Shown one piece after another: positions 36,171-51,570 of a DNA stretch of 64,000 bases (position 1 is the stretch's first letter; every line of letters starts with the position of its first letter). The stretch is from Tubiluchus corallicola (taxonomy: Eukaryota > Animalia > Priapulida): NCBI GenBank assembly GCA_030141605.1, contig JAQGDQ010000012.1, forward strand, positions 434,001 to 498,000, given 5' to 3'. The notes under the pieces are model-generated. The model searched no databases. It saw only the letters and a list, made by a program, of their open reading frames with translations, and was not told the DNA's origin. A program made the translations under genes and the position numbers.

Positions 36171-39100
36171 GCTAAACAATAAACATTACTATAACAAGCC
36201 GGATTGAATTAATGACTACATAGAGTTTCTGTCTGTTACGTAATTGTCTGATGTTAATCAATAGATGTTTGATAATGATAACGTCGATAGGTATATACCA
36301 TAGCTATATGCAACCGTACGTAGCTTGATACCTTTTATGTGTTTCTGAAGAATGACGCCTTAGTGACCATGACCTTATGTAATTATATTAAAGTATATAC
36401 ATTAAGAGATTCTATTATGTAATTATGTTTTGTTATACTCACTGATATTTATATATGTGTATGCATATATATTTGTATACATAAAAAACGGATGTCCTGA
36501 CGACACTATGAAAACATTTCATTTCGGTACACGTACAACGTTAATTTAATTAACGTTTAAGAATGACGTTACCTAGTTGGAACACGAAAGGCGGGCTAAC
36601 CACCATAACAGTTTTCGGAACACCTGATAATTCGCGATACAAAATCTCGTAAAAACCTTTTAACACTATGTAAAGCCATTAAATGATGAACTGAAAAACG
36701 TCATATGAGTCGTTTTGGAAAGCCTAAATGAAGCCATGAGACTACTTTATAAGATGCACATTTTCAATGCATATTCCACTGAAAAAAATCGCATTTATGT
36801 TCTAAATTTACAACATATAGAAAACGGTGCAATTATATTATTTTGGAGTTAGCTTACACTTAGGATAATTGTGACGCTACATAAAATGAGCCAATAATCG
36901 AACACGAACGGCTCCCGAAGAATTGGTCTTACTGTAATTTTGCTGCAGTTTGGCCGGTTGGGTATTGGTTTTGCTTGATACGTATATGTAGTAGTAGCAA
37001 CTGCGTTAAATACCCGTGGTGTATAAGGAAATGCTGGTGGTGTGTCTCCTTAACTTTTTAGCTAGTTACTGTAGTATGTATACGATTCAGAAGTACTTGC
37101 GTGTGTATTTTTGTCTTATTGTTTCGATTTTTTTCTAAACAAAAATAATGCAATAAAAATGGCTCGCCTCTTAATCTAGAAAAGTACCTGAAAATCGTTT
37201 CGTTTTCTTAGCGGATGTAATTAACACGCCGAGACATCCTGGTTTTCCTACATTATTTTTTTGGTAAAGGCAAGGCTTGCATGCAGGAGTTTGAGCACAG
37301 GAATCAAGACATTCGATATTGTATTCTGACATTTCCTCACAGAAAACGCGAAAGTTAAATAGCGATATCGTAACACAGAGTAGCTGTGCAGAGCGTTAAA
37401 CGCCTAAATTTGTTTTAGCTCAGCTTAGGTCAAATGCATGTTTGTTTTTACTACCAAGTATGTTAGACTGACGGCATCAATGTTTTTTTTTGGCAAAGCC
37501 TGAGTGTATGGCCCGTGTAACAATGATTTTCACATAAAACCCAAATAAGAGAAAATAAAAAACCGTTTTTAAAGTAAAATATCTTTGCTGACTCATATCT
37601 GCCGTTAAACAATTAACAACTGTCAAAATTTCAGAATCTTGATAAAAATCAACCATTTCTATTTACAAAGTTACAACAGAGCATGTTCCTCTTATATGGA
37701 TTACTCTCAAGAAAGTGCTTACAGCGTGTTAATTTGTGAGATCACCTTGAAGACTGCTCGTGTAAGCAATGTATTTGAATTTGTTTGGTTAGTGTGATGA
37801 ACAAGTAGCGGTTGGGGTCTAGAACAGCTAACATATTAACCTGCTATTGCGTGATTCTGTTATTATCCCTGCAGAAGGGGTAGGGTACTGTATTTTTTCA
37901 AGCATTTGGGAGAGCATTATCAAATTACAGCCCAATTAATGCAAGCAACTCTTTTAATAGCCTGGTAAACTATACTTAAGTTTTCTTGTTAGTATATATT
38001 ACTAGTTCGGAATGCGAAGCTTTGGATAAGTCGTTTATTTAATTTTTTATCATGATAGGCAAGAGAGGTCAGCACCACTTTGTTTATGTACATTCATTGC
38101 TATTAAATGTAATATATGTCTCAAATTTATGAAAGTTAGTTCACAGATTGTAGTTATTAATATCTTGGACTATTGGACATTGAAAATCTGTAGTCATATT
38201 TTTACCTGCATTTATCACTGTGAGTTAAGATCTGCGCTGGTTTTGATTAATGCAGAAACATCGTTCTAAATGCTTAGAACACATAAACTAAGCACATAAG
38301 TTTTAGAAATATTATTACTATGTAATGTTTAATATTAATTTAAATATTATAAAATACAAAAGTTAGGTTGTATGATGTGAAGAGGAAATATTGAGCACAA
38401 AAAATACAAAGCTGATAAATAAACGATGATTTGGGGAGAAAAGACTCAGATAATAACTGGTATGAGCTAGACAGCATTACTATGCAAAATACAAACAATT
38501 TTGTACAATAAAAAACAAAAGAAACTGTTCAACAACTTTCTACTAACAAAAATTCTTTACCAGACATATTTTGATGCAGGTAACACACACGTTAAATTGT
38601 GACTTTAACTGTGTTTTCAAGATGCACAGTTTTATAGCTTCTGATTTACTAATCATATTTCACGCTATAAACTACAAGAAATTGTAGAAAACAAAAGCAG
38701 AATGTACAGTACTACTTAAAGAAGAATATGATGCTGTTAACAACATCTTTAATTAAAAAACAGCCCAGAGCCCAACATTACTAACCAAAGTGGAAATTTG
38801 GCACTAGATGTAATAATTACTAACAACATTATTGTACTTGAGAAAAGAAATGTATATGTACACAAACACATTTAGACAAAACAGCTATCAAATACAGAAG
38901 ACACAACTGGTCAATTAATAAGTATCATTATTAGTATTAAGTAAAAATAGCACTTTTATGCAGAGTAAACTTCTCCATTCAATTACAAATACACCTTTGT
39001 AATTATATAAAAGTGAGTTATAAGTGTGAATGCTAATAGTTAATTACTATGAGGTTGTTAGTGGATAACACATTTGTTAATAATAACATTCATACTTAAA

Positions 39101-40013
39101 CTAACATATGTGCTGCCTCATTTTTTATTGAAAAATGTTGGAGGCAACAAGCAGAGCAATTAGTTTTACTTATTACTTTTATGCAGTACATGGAAGAACA
39201 CCATTTTGATATGTTTCTTCATGTATATAACAGAAATTTATAATATTACATGCAGCGCAAATGCTGTAACCATTTTTGTACTCACAGAAAATACATGCAA
39301 TCTACATGTAAAACAACATTTAATTTTCAAAAAACCTAAAGCAAAAGACAACTAAATATTAAAAAAAGAACAGTTTTCAAGTCCGGGTCTGACAAAAAAA
39401 TATGTCAACTAAAAAAAGACAGCAATAATCAGAGGCAAAGTGTAATAATCATGAAAGCAGTTAATGGTAGAAAAAATTTTTAAATTAATATATAAATGCA
39501 ATAATAGTGAATATGATAAACCGATAATATGATTAAAAATAATAAATAGAAAAGCTAGATCTACTGCTTGCTTGGTCAAAATATAAAATAAATTAATGCT
39601 ACAAGCAGTAACACAAGTAATAATAATACAGTGTTGATACACAAGACAAACAAATCGTGCAAGCGGGAGTTCTTTAAGGCTTGATAATAATAATATCGAA
39701 AATGTGACAGTTTCACATTGTACCATTTGATAATTGGAGGAAGCATAAACAATAAAATGTTATGTAACTTTACTATGTACTGCTCTAGCACAAAAACGTT
39801 ATATTTTTTCAATAGTTACTTCATTAAAATTGGCAAAGATTACATGAACCGATAAAACATTACTGACTTTTCCTTAAAAACTGCAAAAAGTTCACTTTAC
39901 GCAAAAAATAACTATGTGCACAGTTATCAAGGTCAACAATATTTTTATTTTTATGCTGCAAAATGTGAAGTTTATTGCAAAAAAGATCTCCCTCTTACAC
40001 TATCCATTCAGCT

Positions 40014-43000
40014 CTATTTCTTTTTCTTGCCACCGAGGGAACTGCTGGAGCTGTTTGTCTGCTCAGTGGTTATCTTATGTCGGTTGAATGCAGCGATTTC
40101 TTCATCCAAAAGCCGTTTCTTATCCTCCAAACGTTTTTTGTCATCAGCATGCTGCTTTTTCAAATTATCAAACTTTGCGTGCAACTGAAATTAGAATACG
40201 ATAAGTTAACTCTTTCAAAAGCATCAAACAATGATTTAAATTGTGCTTATCTAAAAACATTACAATGAAGTTTTTCACAAATTTGTAAAATTACATTTTT
40301 TTTTGTTAGAGTTATTAATAATCCTGACTTAAGAACTTCAAACACATTTAACTGCTAAAATGAAAATAAGATGCTCCATGATAAACAACATTTTAACATA
40401 TTGTTATTAAAACGTTAATTGATGACTCGATGACATACTATTAAGTTTATACAGAAAAAACTAAACACAAGGTACATAATTAACTTACAAACTGCAATAC
40501 AATTTCAGCATTTCAGTGGTTTATCTTAGCCAGTTAGCCTTGAAAATGAAGCAGCTCTGATCTTGCCATGAACATCAACGCTAAGAAGGCCTTGAGGTTG
40601 AATGCCGTATTCCGGCTTGCAGAGTGCCAAATATACAAAATGAGATCTGAGACTGCAGAACACTGAATCACACTCAGTTCAGCTGCTAAGCATCGGAATA
40701 GAGACCTACTTCTGTAATACAAAAAGTACTTACACTTTTCTCAGCTTCTTTCAGTTCAGCCTCCTTGTCTTTGACCTTTTGCACAAACTTCTGTCTCATC
40801 TCCTCTTCCTGGTGTGAAAGAGCATCCAAATCCTAAAGAAAATGAGCCTTCAACGTTATTCATCTCTAGACATTAACCAACTTGATATTAACTTTATACG
40901 TTGCTTTCATCCAACGGTATTATTACAATTTTGTAATCTTACATATTATCCTTACTATTAAACACAGCAAGAATAATTGCAAATAGATTATTACATGTCG
41001 TTTCTGATCAACCAGTTCGGTAATATTAGTGTCCGAATCCTGGAATCCCATCTCAGCCAATCGAAAACGTCGATACAGCTCGTAGTGGCGAGTGTGGGTT
41101 GTATCACGCAGGTCCTCCATGTTGGTTCTGATGAGCATCTCCCGCAGCTTGACAAAATCGCAATGCCCTTCATTCTCAACTAAAAATACAAAGGTTACAT
41201 ACAACTGCCATGGCTATTAAAAAATAATGAGTCATTTCCAGGAATAGCCATTACATCATACTACAGTTTGACCCAATTAACCGACTGAACCTATTAATCG
41301 ATGGGTGTAACATTACTGCTAGAAAAATATGAGTCACCAGCTTAGTATGCAGTGAAAAGACTTTTAATGAATTTTAGAAACGAACTAATGCTTAGATTTC
41401 TTTGTGCAGTTAAAAAATTTAAAAAAAACATTTTAAAACATTGATTTATATAAGTGAATTTCATATATAAGTATACTTTATTAACTCACACAAGCCTGTT
41501 TATTTGCAAAAATTACTATAGTAGTTTATTAATGGCTGTAAGTATGTGATTTTCTTAATGGTGTGTGTGTGTGTCTGTGTGTGTGTGTATGCTTGCATGT
41601 GTGCATCTTCGTCACTATGCATGGTTCAGCTAATTGCACCCGGAGAGCCATTTTTGATTGTGCGTGGGACTAACCACTTGGGCCCGATTCTTTAAATGGG
41701 TCCAAAAATTAGGTAAGCGAGTGAAGCATCGAGGTGACCACTAGTAGTACAAAATTTAATGCACAGCTCAAAAATCTTGTGCACAATTCATTTTTGACTA
41801 AAGACAAAAATTACATAAAAAATTTGTGAAAAAATGATTTTAGTGTTAACAAAACAGATTTACAATTTTTTCTCGGAATTTCCAGAAACAAATAGAGCAA
41901 GGAACTTCCAGAACTCAGAACAAGTTACAACCACATGACCTTTCACGTAGTGTTAACAAAATATGTTATATTAACATAATTTATTAGACGTTTTTGCGGC
42001 CTTAGAGATAAGCATAAAAATGTTTTGTAGCACATTCCCGAAATAATAGCAACATTTTAAACACGGCTTAGATTAGATTATGCATAGTTCACCTACACAA
42101 CAAACAAGTGGTGCACCAGTACAGTGCAAATAATAACTTAAATCTCATAAAATAATCAGCTCTTTAGCACACAAACATACTGAAAAAAGAACTGTACATT
42201 CAAAATAAATGCAACTGATGTATAATTAAAAATATAATCTACCTTGCACAGTTCCCCAAGGATATTCCCTGGCTCTCATCATCTTACTGCCAACTTTAAT
42301 CATGTCATTGCTACCAACCACTGCAAATGGAATCTGGGCCTACAAGCAAAAAATTCTAAACACATGAATACTATTGACGGTAAATGCCCATAATTCAAAT
42401 TTAACCAAAACCTGAAAGACGGGAAAAGTTGGAACACATAGTCTGAACTTTGGACTGCCAATCACAGGGAGACACGGCGGCCTAGCAGTTATGGCATGGG
42501 CTTCTAAGCCGAGGCCTCTGATTCAAATGCAGGCTGTCTCAACTTTTCACGTTTCCTGTTTTTTGAAACTTGGTATCAAAATTCAACTAACTGTGGGTTT
42601 ATACCATCATTAATGTTAATCTTTAAGATTATAAATATTGGCATGAACACCATTTTTGCTGATACTCTGGTAGTCAAATTAAAAAAAACTTCAAAATCTA
42701 ATAAGCACAATTGCACTGGTACGACAAACGAAGAAACTATGAACAACAACAATTACAACACAGTGTTCGATTATACTAAATGTACCATTTTTGGATTTAT
42801 ATACTGAATAGTGAAATATAATGACAACCAATTGGTGTTTTCCAAAAGTACATCACAAATTTCATACATTCATTGTCTGGTTAACTTCAGAAACTGTTTC
42901 ATCATCAGTGGGGAACTGATAAATCTGTACACCATTGCTCACTAGCTCACTCATCACCTGTTAAAAAATCCAATATTAAATACATAAATAACAGACATGC

Positions 43001-46000
43001 AAACACTGTTATACAAATGCTAAAAACTACTTAAAAATAGTATGTAATCTTAACAGCAACTGAATCATTGAGAGTTACCTAATTATTGTTATCTTTCAAT
43101 ACATATTTGGAAAATTCTTCAGGCTGCCTGTGATTGTAAATTTTTAATGGGTATCATACAATTTGCTTGGATACCACAAATGCTGACAACTTTCTTTTTT
43201 AATTAATAACAAAAATTATTATTCATGATACTAACAACTGATACTAAACCAATTTCATTATACAAAATTTTAGATAAATAAAAGATTAATAATAATATAA
43301 TAATAATAATTTCGGAAAATGATCATGATCATTTTGCAAGTCATCGTGTTATCGTGGCTACTTAGTTGAATATAATGAGTTTTTGTCAATTAAATTGTCA
43401 AAATTTTCTAACAACTGACAACAGTAATAAGGGGAAATTTTTTTAGTAACCTAACTTGAAAAGCAGACAGGCAGAAGCTTAATGTCCAGTGAGGACTCGA
43501 CATTGCCTTTAGAGTTTCAAAATTAATGCTTAAAAATAAAGAACAACTTCCGTTCATTAATCACTAGTCGTCTTAGATTTCTACATCACTGTTGTGATGC
43601 TAATTCACTTCAATAACTGAAAATACAAGAAAAAGCGAATGACAATCAATGTATCTGTCATGTTAGATTAGCGTAGGCCTACCTTGATTTTGAATTTCTG
43701 CAATTCATTTTTTGTAATGGTGTCGGCTTTTGCAACTATGGGAATGATGTTAACTTTACTGTCCAGTTTCTTCATGCAAACTAAGTCAATGGCTTTCAAG
43801 CTAAAAAACAAAGATAGCAATTGAACCCGAGACTCCTTTTTTAATGTGCCAAAATGTCTATACCTTTACCTACTGAGTTACTGAAATTAACTCAGAACAT
43901 TCCTCGACTAAATCATCTCATGAGTCTGCTTTCATAAAATAATGATAAAGATTGGGAAACTGAAAGTGACTGATCAATTATTTAGCTTATTAAATCATTA
44001 TATTAGTTCATCAAATTTATCAGTTATTTAGATCATTGGTTGTTGTTAATGATACTTAACAAAAAAGTGAAGTGAAAACAAATGATATTTAATAAAAAAC
44101 TCAAGTAAAAACAATGAAAAGGGCATAAAAACTGCATTCATATCAGGGTAACAAATAAATCAAAAAATAGCAAGCAATGTTAAGCAATGCCAATGGTTCA
44201 GTACACACAGGATTATCTTTACTAATTCACTGGGGATTCCCGTTGTGCCGCAGCCATCCACTTAAGCAAAGTCTGTATTAAGTGCTGTAATCTGGGTTCC
44301 AAAGTGCTAAACTATATGCAAAGGAAATTACGAAACTCTACAGAACTGACTCCATGATTAGTACTTACGAATGTCCAGTTGGTGCAATAAAGTACAGACA
44401 AGCATGAATACGGCTATCGTGGCATGTGTGGAGAGAACGCTTAATCTTCATCTCCTCTTGCAGGAAGTGTTCAAATTGTGTATCGATGTAATCGACAATT
44501 GCTTTGAAACTGAAAAAATAAAGGTTACCAACTTCTTATAAAAAAAGAGTTTATTGTAGGTAACCTTATCAAGGCATTTTCTGGGTGATGTTTAATTGCT
44601 GCCCAAAAAAGAAAACAATTTATAAAAACAAAGAGAAAAGTTCTTTTTCTGAAATTACTGAGCACTACAAACGTTCTACTGTATATAATTATTACTGTTC
44701 TCAATAATGACAGTGTTAATTAATCCCTGTTTGCACTTCCAGCTTAGCTTATAATTACTCACACATGAAAAATTACAGGTCACCACACAATTTAAACAGA
44801 CCTAAGAACTGACTTCCTTGTTGCTATCATTTGTTTAACCATTTCAGAAAAAAATTAAATTTCGAACATCTCTAAGAATTATGGCATGGACTTTTGCAAT
44901 ACATAGCTGACAAGCAATTAATAACAACTACTTTTGTTCTTATCGGTGGCTTACATGTTAAGTAAATGAATATTTTAGGAATGTAAAATGAATGCACTGA
45001 TTTCTTCCAATTTTCAGTGTGTAAGGTGCTCACTGCACTGTTACAGCAGTCATGTTTTTTGGGAACACAGGGAGCTTTAACATGCTGAAATGATGAAATC
45101 ATCACTATTTACATGCCAATATAATGAATATCACACCAGTATTTGGATAATATCTTAGCCAATATCTCGCCACTTTCTGATAGATGCAGAACAAAAACTC
45201 CCGACTTATTTTTAATAAGATGGAGGAAACATTCATTGTAATAAATCTACCAATACTGTAACTCTCTATCTCTTAACTGCTATTAGTATTAGTAAGTGAC
45301 ACAAACATCTCTACACATGCCGGCTTCTTGTGAATTTATTTATAAAAGCATGAGTCGTTTTCTTCACATAGCGAGTGATACTCAGCTACAGTAAATGAGT
45401 CATTCAAACAAACCAGAAACCACACGTGGTTTTACTAGTGTGCAAGCATCATACAGTAATATGACTAAACATGTCAAAACTGCCAGTGATTAATGCAAGC
45501 AGCTGCTAAACATAAATTGTCGAAAATGATTAGAAAAAAGAAGAAAATATAAGAAGGCTTGCTTGTGCATTTTATGGATAAAGACTTTTGCATGAAAACA
45601 CAAACTTGGAACAATTCATTTTAAGATGCACTATAAAAATTGCATCACAGACTCTATAGGACCACATAAAAAATCAAGCACAAAAAACAAGACCAAACTA
45701 GCAAAAAAGCACTAAAACGACTAGATCTACTGAAATGCAAACTGTCAGACATACCAAAGACTCCCCACCCCCATTAAATAAGCAAAATAACTTGCACAAT
45801 ATAGTTTGTGAAAGATGTAAACTAATCAACATGTTACAGTCAGTCTAACCTGTCTTCTTTGTTGATCTGGTCTCCATACCCGACAGTCTCTATGACCGTC
45901 AACTTCAGTCTCACATTGCTCTCCTGCAATTCATAGGTGTTGGATTTCAGCTTCACACCCGGGAGGTCGTGTGTGGAGGGAGTGGAGTCAAAAGTAGTGT

Positions 46001-49000
46001 TAAATAAAGTGTCCAGGAGTGTACTCTTCCCAAGGCCAGTTTCTCCTATTCAAAGATACGTGTGTACTAGAATAGTTACTTGAGCTCATGAATGTAAATT
46101 ACACAATACCTATTCTATTCTAACGTATCAAACTTAATTGTGTAAAGATAAAACTATTAATAGAGTTCTAAATATACAGCCACTGGTTTAAAAATAATCA
46201 AAGTATATAAAACTTGTAAGTCTATTTTTAAGCACATGTATTGCGATGTCGTATCTAGTTATCTTGTGCAAATTACTAGGGCACTGTTTGAAAGCTGTCA
46301 GATCACAGTTTAAAGAAATGCTTGAGGCAACATCACATGAAATTCACTTTTAGATGCCTGTAGACAGTAATAGACTAGTAAAATATAGGACACAACACCA
46401 GTTCAAATGCAGTTCACTTAACATGTGCTACTCTTGCCCCAGATAATTTTTTAACTAAGGATAAAAGGTACACTTTTTACATATATCTTACACGTGGGAA
46501 AATCATTAACAAGTTGCAAATTTCTTTGCTAAAGTTAAAAGTGTGATACCGCCATCATGTAGGCACATGAAAAATGTGGAAGCTTGAAGTAAGATCGTTA
46601 AATGGTCACACAACCATTACTCTCTGCAGCAAAAGATGTCGACCAAAAATTTAATGATAGTTCGTTAACTAATTAATTATAGTTGCTTTAGGTGTGTCAG
46701 CGACAAGTGTGTGAAGGACATACATGATGATTTATCAAGAAACACCAGGGAGTTATGAGAAACACATAACAGAACTCCAAAAAGTCAGTTCTTTGACTAT
46801 GTTGTTGGCTTTTTGGTAGCATTTCAAAAAGCGCAGGAAAAGCAATACATTTCTTGGCTAAACATACTAGTTACCAGTCACTAAATAACTCAAGAAGTAT
46901 TTAGGTACACTGACATTTTTTAGTTTAAATCTCGTGTATTCGAGCTAAATGAAGTTTCTAAGCATTCCATTCTACATACTAGAATGCTATTCCTTGGCAC
47001 TTTTTGCACAAATTACTACTTTATTATGTCAGGTACTCTTGAAAAATTGTCATTCTTATTTGCTTTCATGACAAAGCATTTCAGTAGCAAATGGATTACT
47101 CAGACATTATAAAATAAAATTATCAACTAATTAGCACAGCTAATTCATTGTAGCTACTTATTACATTATTTTTCACCAGTTTCCAGTCTACTTGTGAATT
47201 TAAATTTAACAAATATGTTAAATTAGTATTAGGTAAGCAGAAAATGAAACATTTTAGCTCCCCAGGAACTTATAGGTAAATTTAATTCATGTGAAATTTG
47301 CAACTACTAGTAAGTGTTAAAACTATTACAAGGTTTTTCATATATTTAGCAGAGCAAAAAATGTCTATCGACCTATTATTAATAAAAAACATATTATGGT
47401 AAACAAAAATAGACAAATTAAGATCAGGTTAACTTGTAGCTTTGGAAATGAACAACTCAAGGTAAACCTCTTTCCAATGTTTGATTTTTGTCTACTACCA
47501 TAAATTATTAGTTCAACTTATCTTGTTGTTGCTGGAGCAAAACATTATTATGCTAAATGAATTGTAGTGACATGAGGTGGAAAAATCATAGTAACATGTA
47601 CAACAAACTATTGATGCCAATTTATCATGTAATTTAGCACCACGATTTGGTCTTGGGCAGTGAGATCACTTTGCTTGGTTTACTTGCCTAAAGAAGATGC
47701 TTGCAGAACCACTCTCTCGGAGGTCAGCAGGTTCTGACACTACAGTGCTGAACCAATAGCTAGCAATAATTTTCCAGTAGCACTGAAATCATCACAAGCT
47801 CAACTTCTAATTCTCACATAAGTATTTGAGGACTAAATTGGGAATTAGATTAAACTGTATTTTCAAGTTTATTTAGTTAAGACTTTACTAGTACAAGTTT
47901 AGTGATTCATTTACAACCTTAGTGCAAAAGTCTTAACACAGGCTTGCTTTAATTGCTTAGTGATAAAAATAACTAAAGATCATTTCTAAGATAACAATAG
48001 TAACATGCTGCATTTTCCTGCTTTGTTGTTTATATACTTGTCTAACAAGTGTGTTGGTTGAGAAACTGGCATAAAGCGGCCCATGAAAAACGGCTTGGCA
48101 CAAATTTAAATGTAATTACGACATAAGCGACTATTACATTAACACAATTTTCAAATCTATTTTATGATCAGTATGCACCACAGTACTTCGTCATATCAAA
48201 GAAAATTTATCCATAAGTACGAAATGAGCGTAGCACAGAGTGTATTTAAGCATGGAGCACTAGGTCTCTACCCTCATCCATTTGATAATCATGTCTGATG
48301 GAATAGTAATGCGACATGCAGAGCACAATGCAAACAGATACAGTAATATTAAAAAATAGTAACCAATGTGTAAATAATTAGTATACATAATGTTTGTTTA
48401 GTAGTCATTATGATATAGATGCCAGAGTTCTCTGAGTTTTCACTCATTCACAAATAAATATAATTTTCAGTGATATCTCTTAAAACCAATAGACTCATAG
48501 AGGAAGGCAGGATGATTTTTCATATACTACCCAATTTTAAAGTCTGGTAAAAAATATACATTTTGACACAATTAATACTGCAAAAGCGTTTCTGATAATT
48601 ATAATTAAATAATAGATTAAAATCATTATTAATGGCAAGCAAGCATCGCTACTGATGACATCACAAACTAACATAATTTTCAACGGCAAAGATATTCCAC
48701 GAGCGTCTTACATATGTTTGCGAAAGCAAAAATTGAAGTACAGTGCTTCTGTAAGTGATTCAGCATGTTGTACTAAAACTCTAGAGGCAAGTTTTAAGAT
48801 AAAAATTCAAATTGCATGAGCTGTTGAACGTGCGTAGTTCATCATAAACTACCGTATATACGTGTGTACAAGTCGATGTGCAATTTAAGACTAAAAGTTG
48901 CATTATTTCATATATTACCTGTGTACAAGTCGACCATAAAATACTAAGATCTTCCAGAGTAAATGATGTCAACAATGGTCGAGTAATAAATCAATAGCCT

Positions 49001-50681
49001 ACTGTGCTAGTATGTAAGATACGTGCCAGTGCCTGGGCCGAGTATATTATACCTACCGGATGTATACATATATATATTCAATGCAATCCATGATAATGCA
49101 GCCTGGTCTTTCATCACGCATAATTGTTTGTAGTGCCTTTAACCCTAGGATATCGCGGCCAGGATTCGTCGTAACATTTAAGTCACTGATTTATTTTACA
49201 ATGATACAATTAAATCTTGTGGTGCATCACCTTCACATTTGAAGAAAAAAATAATTTACTAAAATTAATACCTCTGTGTAGTTGTGTTTTATATATGAGT
49301 GTATGCTGGTAATCGATATTTTGCCAATAAAACACGCATATACAAGGCCAGTGTAAAACTTCCCACGGAAGCTGACAGGCGGCAGCACCTGCACATTGGA
49401 GATTCCCATGTTCTGATCGAGTGCTCCGTCGCTAGCTTATTTATAGGTAATATATAAATTTTAACTTAATTTCACATACATTAAAATAAATTACAGTAAT
49501 ATTTGTTAATTTTGTGAAGTAATGTCAAGATGTGAACATTCTCTGATGTGAAGTATCACAGTATGAGTGTTCATTCAGTCAAGCGTATAATGAAGGATTA
49601 TTTCTTTACATATTCGTATTGTAGACAACTCTTTAGCGACATCTCCCAAAAACATATCGTAAGTATAAGTCGACCCCAAAAATTTCACCTTAAAATGGCC
49701 TCCCAAAAATTCGACTTGTACATAAGTATATACAGTAACACATCTGAACTGAGAGGTACAGCACTTGTTTTTGTGCAACACATTTCTGAAATGCTAGGTG
49801 CTAGTGCCCGTCTAACTAGCGAATGGCGAAATGCATGTAACAGCAAACAACTAGTGGCACGAACGTGAAATTGTGTTTGTGTAGTAATAATTATTTCACG
49901 TAAGCCATTTTTGAAAAAATAGTACGTTTCCCTTTAATATTTTAAAGAGTAGGTTGTTCTGACCTACAGATTAAGATTGGGTCTAGTTTTGTGTTAAGTA
50001 TCCAGGGTGGTTGGCTTTCAAGGACCATGCAATACAATTGCTCATGATAAACTTAATTAGAAATTTAATTTTGAAATTATTCAATTATTAATAGTTAACA
50101 AAACCAAACAAAATTTCATTCAAAACAGTTTTCACTAATTTACTGATTTGATTATTCAACATTAACTTTGCAAATTACCTTCTCAATCTCTTCATTTCAA
50201 GTATATTTTACTAGTTTATCATGACAATACTTTAAGGGCATTGATCATCCTTTTGGAAATAAATTTGTTACACAGTAATTGTGCTTTATACCTATGCAGA
50301 GAATGTTGAAACTGAATCCCTGTGAGACAGACTTGTTAACCAGCTGGTCAGGAAGACTATCAAATCCAACATGCCCTCCAAGTTTCAAATCTCTGATCTT
50401 CTCAGTGGCTGGTTTGTTTGCCTAAAGACAGAAAAGAATGCAAGTTAGCAATTTTCAATAAACCAGGAACTCTTGTCTATGTATTACTGTGTAGGTCAGT
50501 TGGTTAGCCGGTTAAATAGGGTGGAACAAAGGTGAGAATAATTCAAAACAGATTTAGTTAGTTTACGAAAAAAATACCCAAAATACGGCATTAAAACCCA
50601 ATGTTCTAGAAAATATCTTACAATAAATTATTAAATATTACTTACAGAACTACTAAATGGAGTTTTAGTATCCGCAGTCAT
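40014..50681 (-). CDS. SEPTIN6/11: Septin, SEPT6 group (SEPT6/8/10/11, Drosophila Sep2-like), 10 coding exons, about 420 aa
   Basis: Exons (minus): 50681-50646, 50421-50292, 46045-45850, 44509-44369, 43800-43683, 42957-42868, 42339-42243, 41179-40995, 40832-40734, 40184-40014 (1263 nt, in frame). Motifs: [18 protein letters not shown]1 GETGLGKS, G3-like ETVGYGD, G4 AKAD, septin unique element [31 protein letters not shown], coiled coil [24 protein letters not shown], basic tail GGKKKK. Exon 1 is less certain than the rest. Confidence 0.95.
41263..41320 (-). repeat. Fragment related to the right subterminal region of the 16492-17479 MITE
   Basis: The reverse complement gtaatgttacacccatcgattaataggttcagtcggttaattgggtcaaa matches 17388-17437 gtaatactacacccatgggttaataggttcacttggttaattgggccaaa. 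Confidence 0.7.
41560..41746. repeat. (GT)n microsatellite plus HINE/Helentron-like terminus
   Basis: GT repeat at 41561-41588, followed by a body ending gcgagtgaagcatcgaggtgaccACTAGT. Confidence 0.4.
42467..42633 (+). mobile_element. tRNA-derived SINE-like repeat, copy 3 (in a septin intron, antisense to the gene)
   Basis: gggagacacggcggcctagcagtt...gattcaaatgcaggc, then caacttttcacgtttcctg...ttggtatcaaaatt...tgtgggtttataccatc...aagattata. Confidence 0.75.
48852..49735. mobile_element. Tc1/mariner (Tc2/pogo-type) MITE in septin intron 2
   Basis: TA-flanked 25-bp TIRs CCGTATATACGTGTGTACAAGTCGA and TCGACTTGTACATAAGTATATACAG; internal repeats of GTAYAAGTCGAC at about 48924 and 49663. Confidence 0.85.
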
Positions 50682-51358
50682 TATGATTATCACAAAATAA
50701 ATCTAACGGAATAACGGAAAACTGCTATCAACCAAGCACATCAACGAGTCATTTACGGAAGGAACTGAGGATGACGAGTAAAACTACCGAAAGAGAGCAG
50801 CACATTTTCAAATACGGCGCAAGCATGCAAATGACGGAGCTGAATAAGTGCATTGCCATAGACCACAAGCAACATCATGGAACTGAACCATATAGTGTAA
50901 AAAAAAATTTTTGTCGAACTGATAAAAAAGGAATGTTAGCCAATGGCTAATTTCTGACAGATTATTGAAAATCAAACAAACTAAGAGGATTCTAAAGCAT
51001 GTACACAATGAAAGGAATTAAAAACACATGTTACAGTACACTACATGACCGCTTCCGGTATGGACAGTAACACAAATGTTTAAAAGTATAACTTGTTATT
51101 TAGTGTGGGTATGTACACACAATGGTTTTCTGACAAATTGTCTGCATCACAAGCTGTTTTACTTAATATTTAATGGAATACGTGTGTAAGGTAAAGTATA
51201 ATTTTCAACACTTGAATTTCAGACTAATTGACTGCTAACAAGAATGGTTTACACTGTAGTTACAATGTTGAGGATTTTAAGAATTAATATACAGTAATGT
51301 ACAGGTATAGTTACAATGTTAAGAAGTACAAGTCAGATTTCAGACAATGATAGGTAAA

Positions 51359-51570
51359 TTAGTAAGTTAAAATGTTTAGCACGCGACATATTGTGCAGCA
51401 CTGACATTCACAGCAAGCGTTTTTCGGATATTCATGCATAGAAAGTTCGAATGTGTTTAACTCATTACACGTTCTACATTCTTCAGGTAACTTATGCCAC
51501 AGTTTGACTCCTTGATAAGTCAAGGAATGACAATCAAGTTTCATTGTAGAAAATCTAGGAATTACACTAA
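51359..51570 (-). mobile_element. 3' end remnant of a CR1/L2-type LINE ORF2
   Basis: VIPRFSTMKLDCHSLTYQGVKLWHKLPEECRTCNELNTFE..CCECQCCTIC fits the S..Y.G.KLWN.LP...FK plus terminal Cys cluster of CR1/L2 ORF2 C-termini. Confidence 0.7.
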
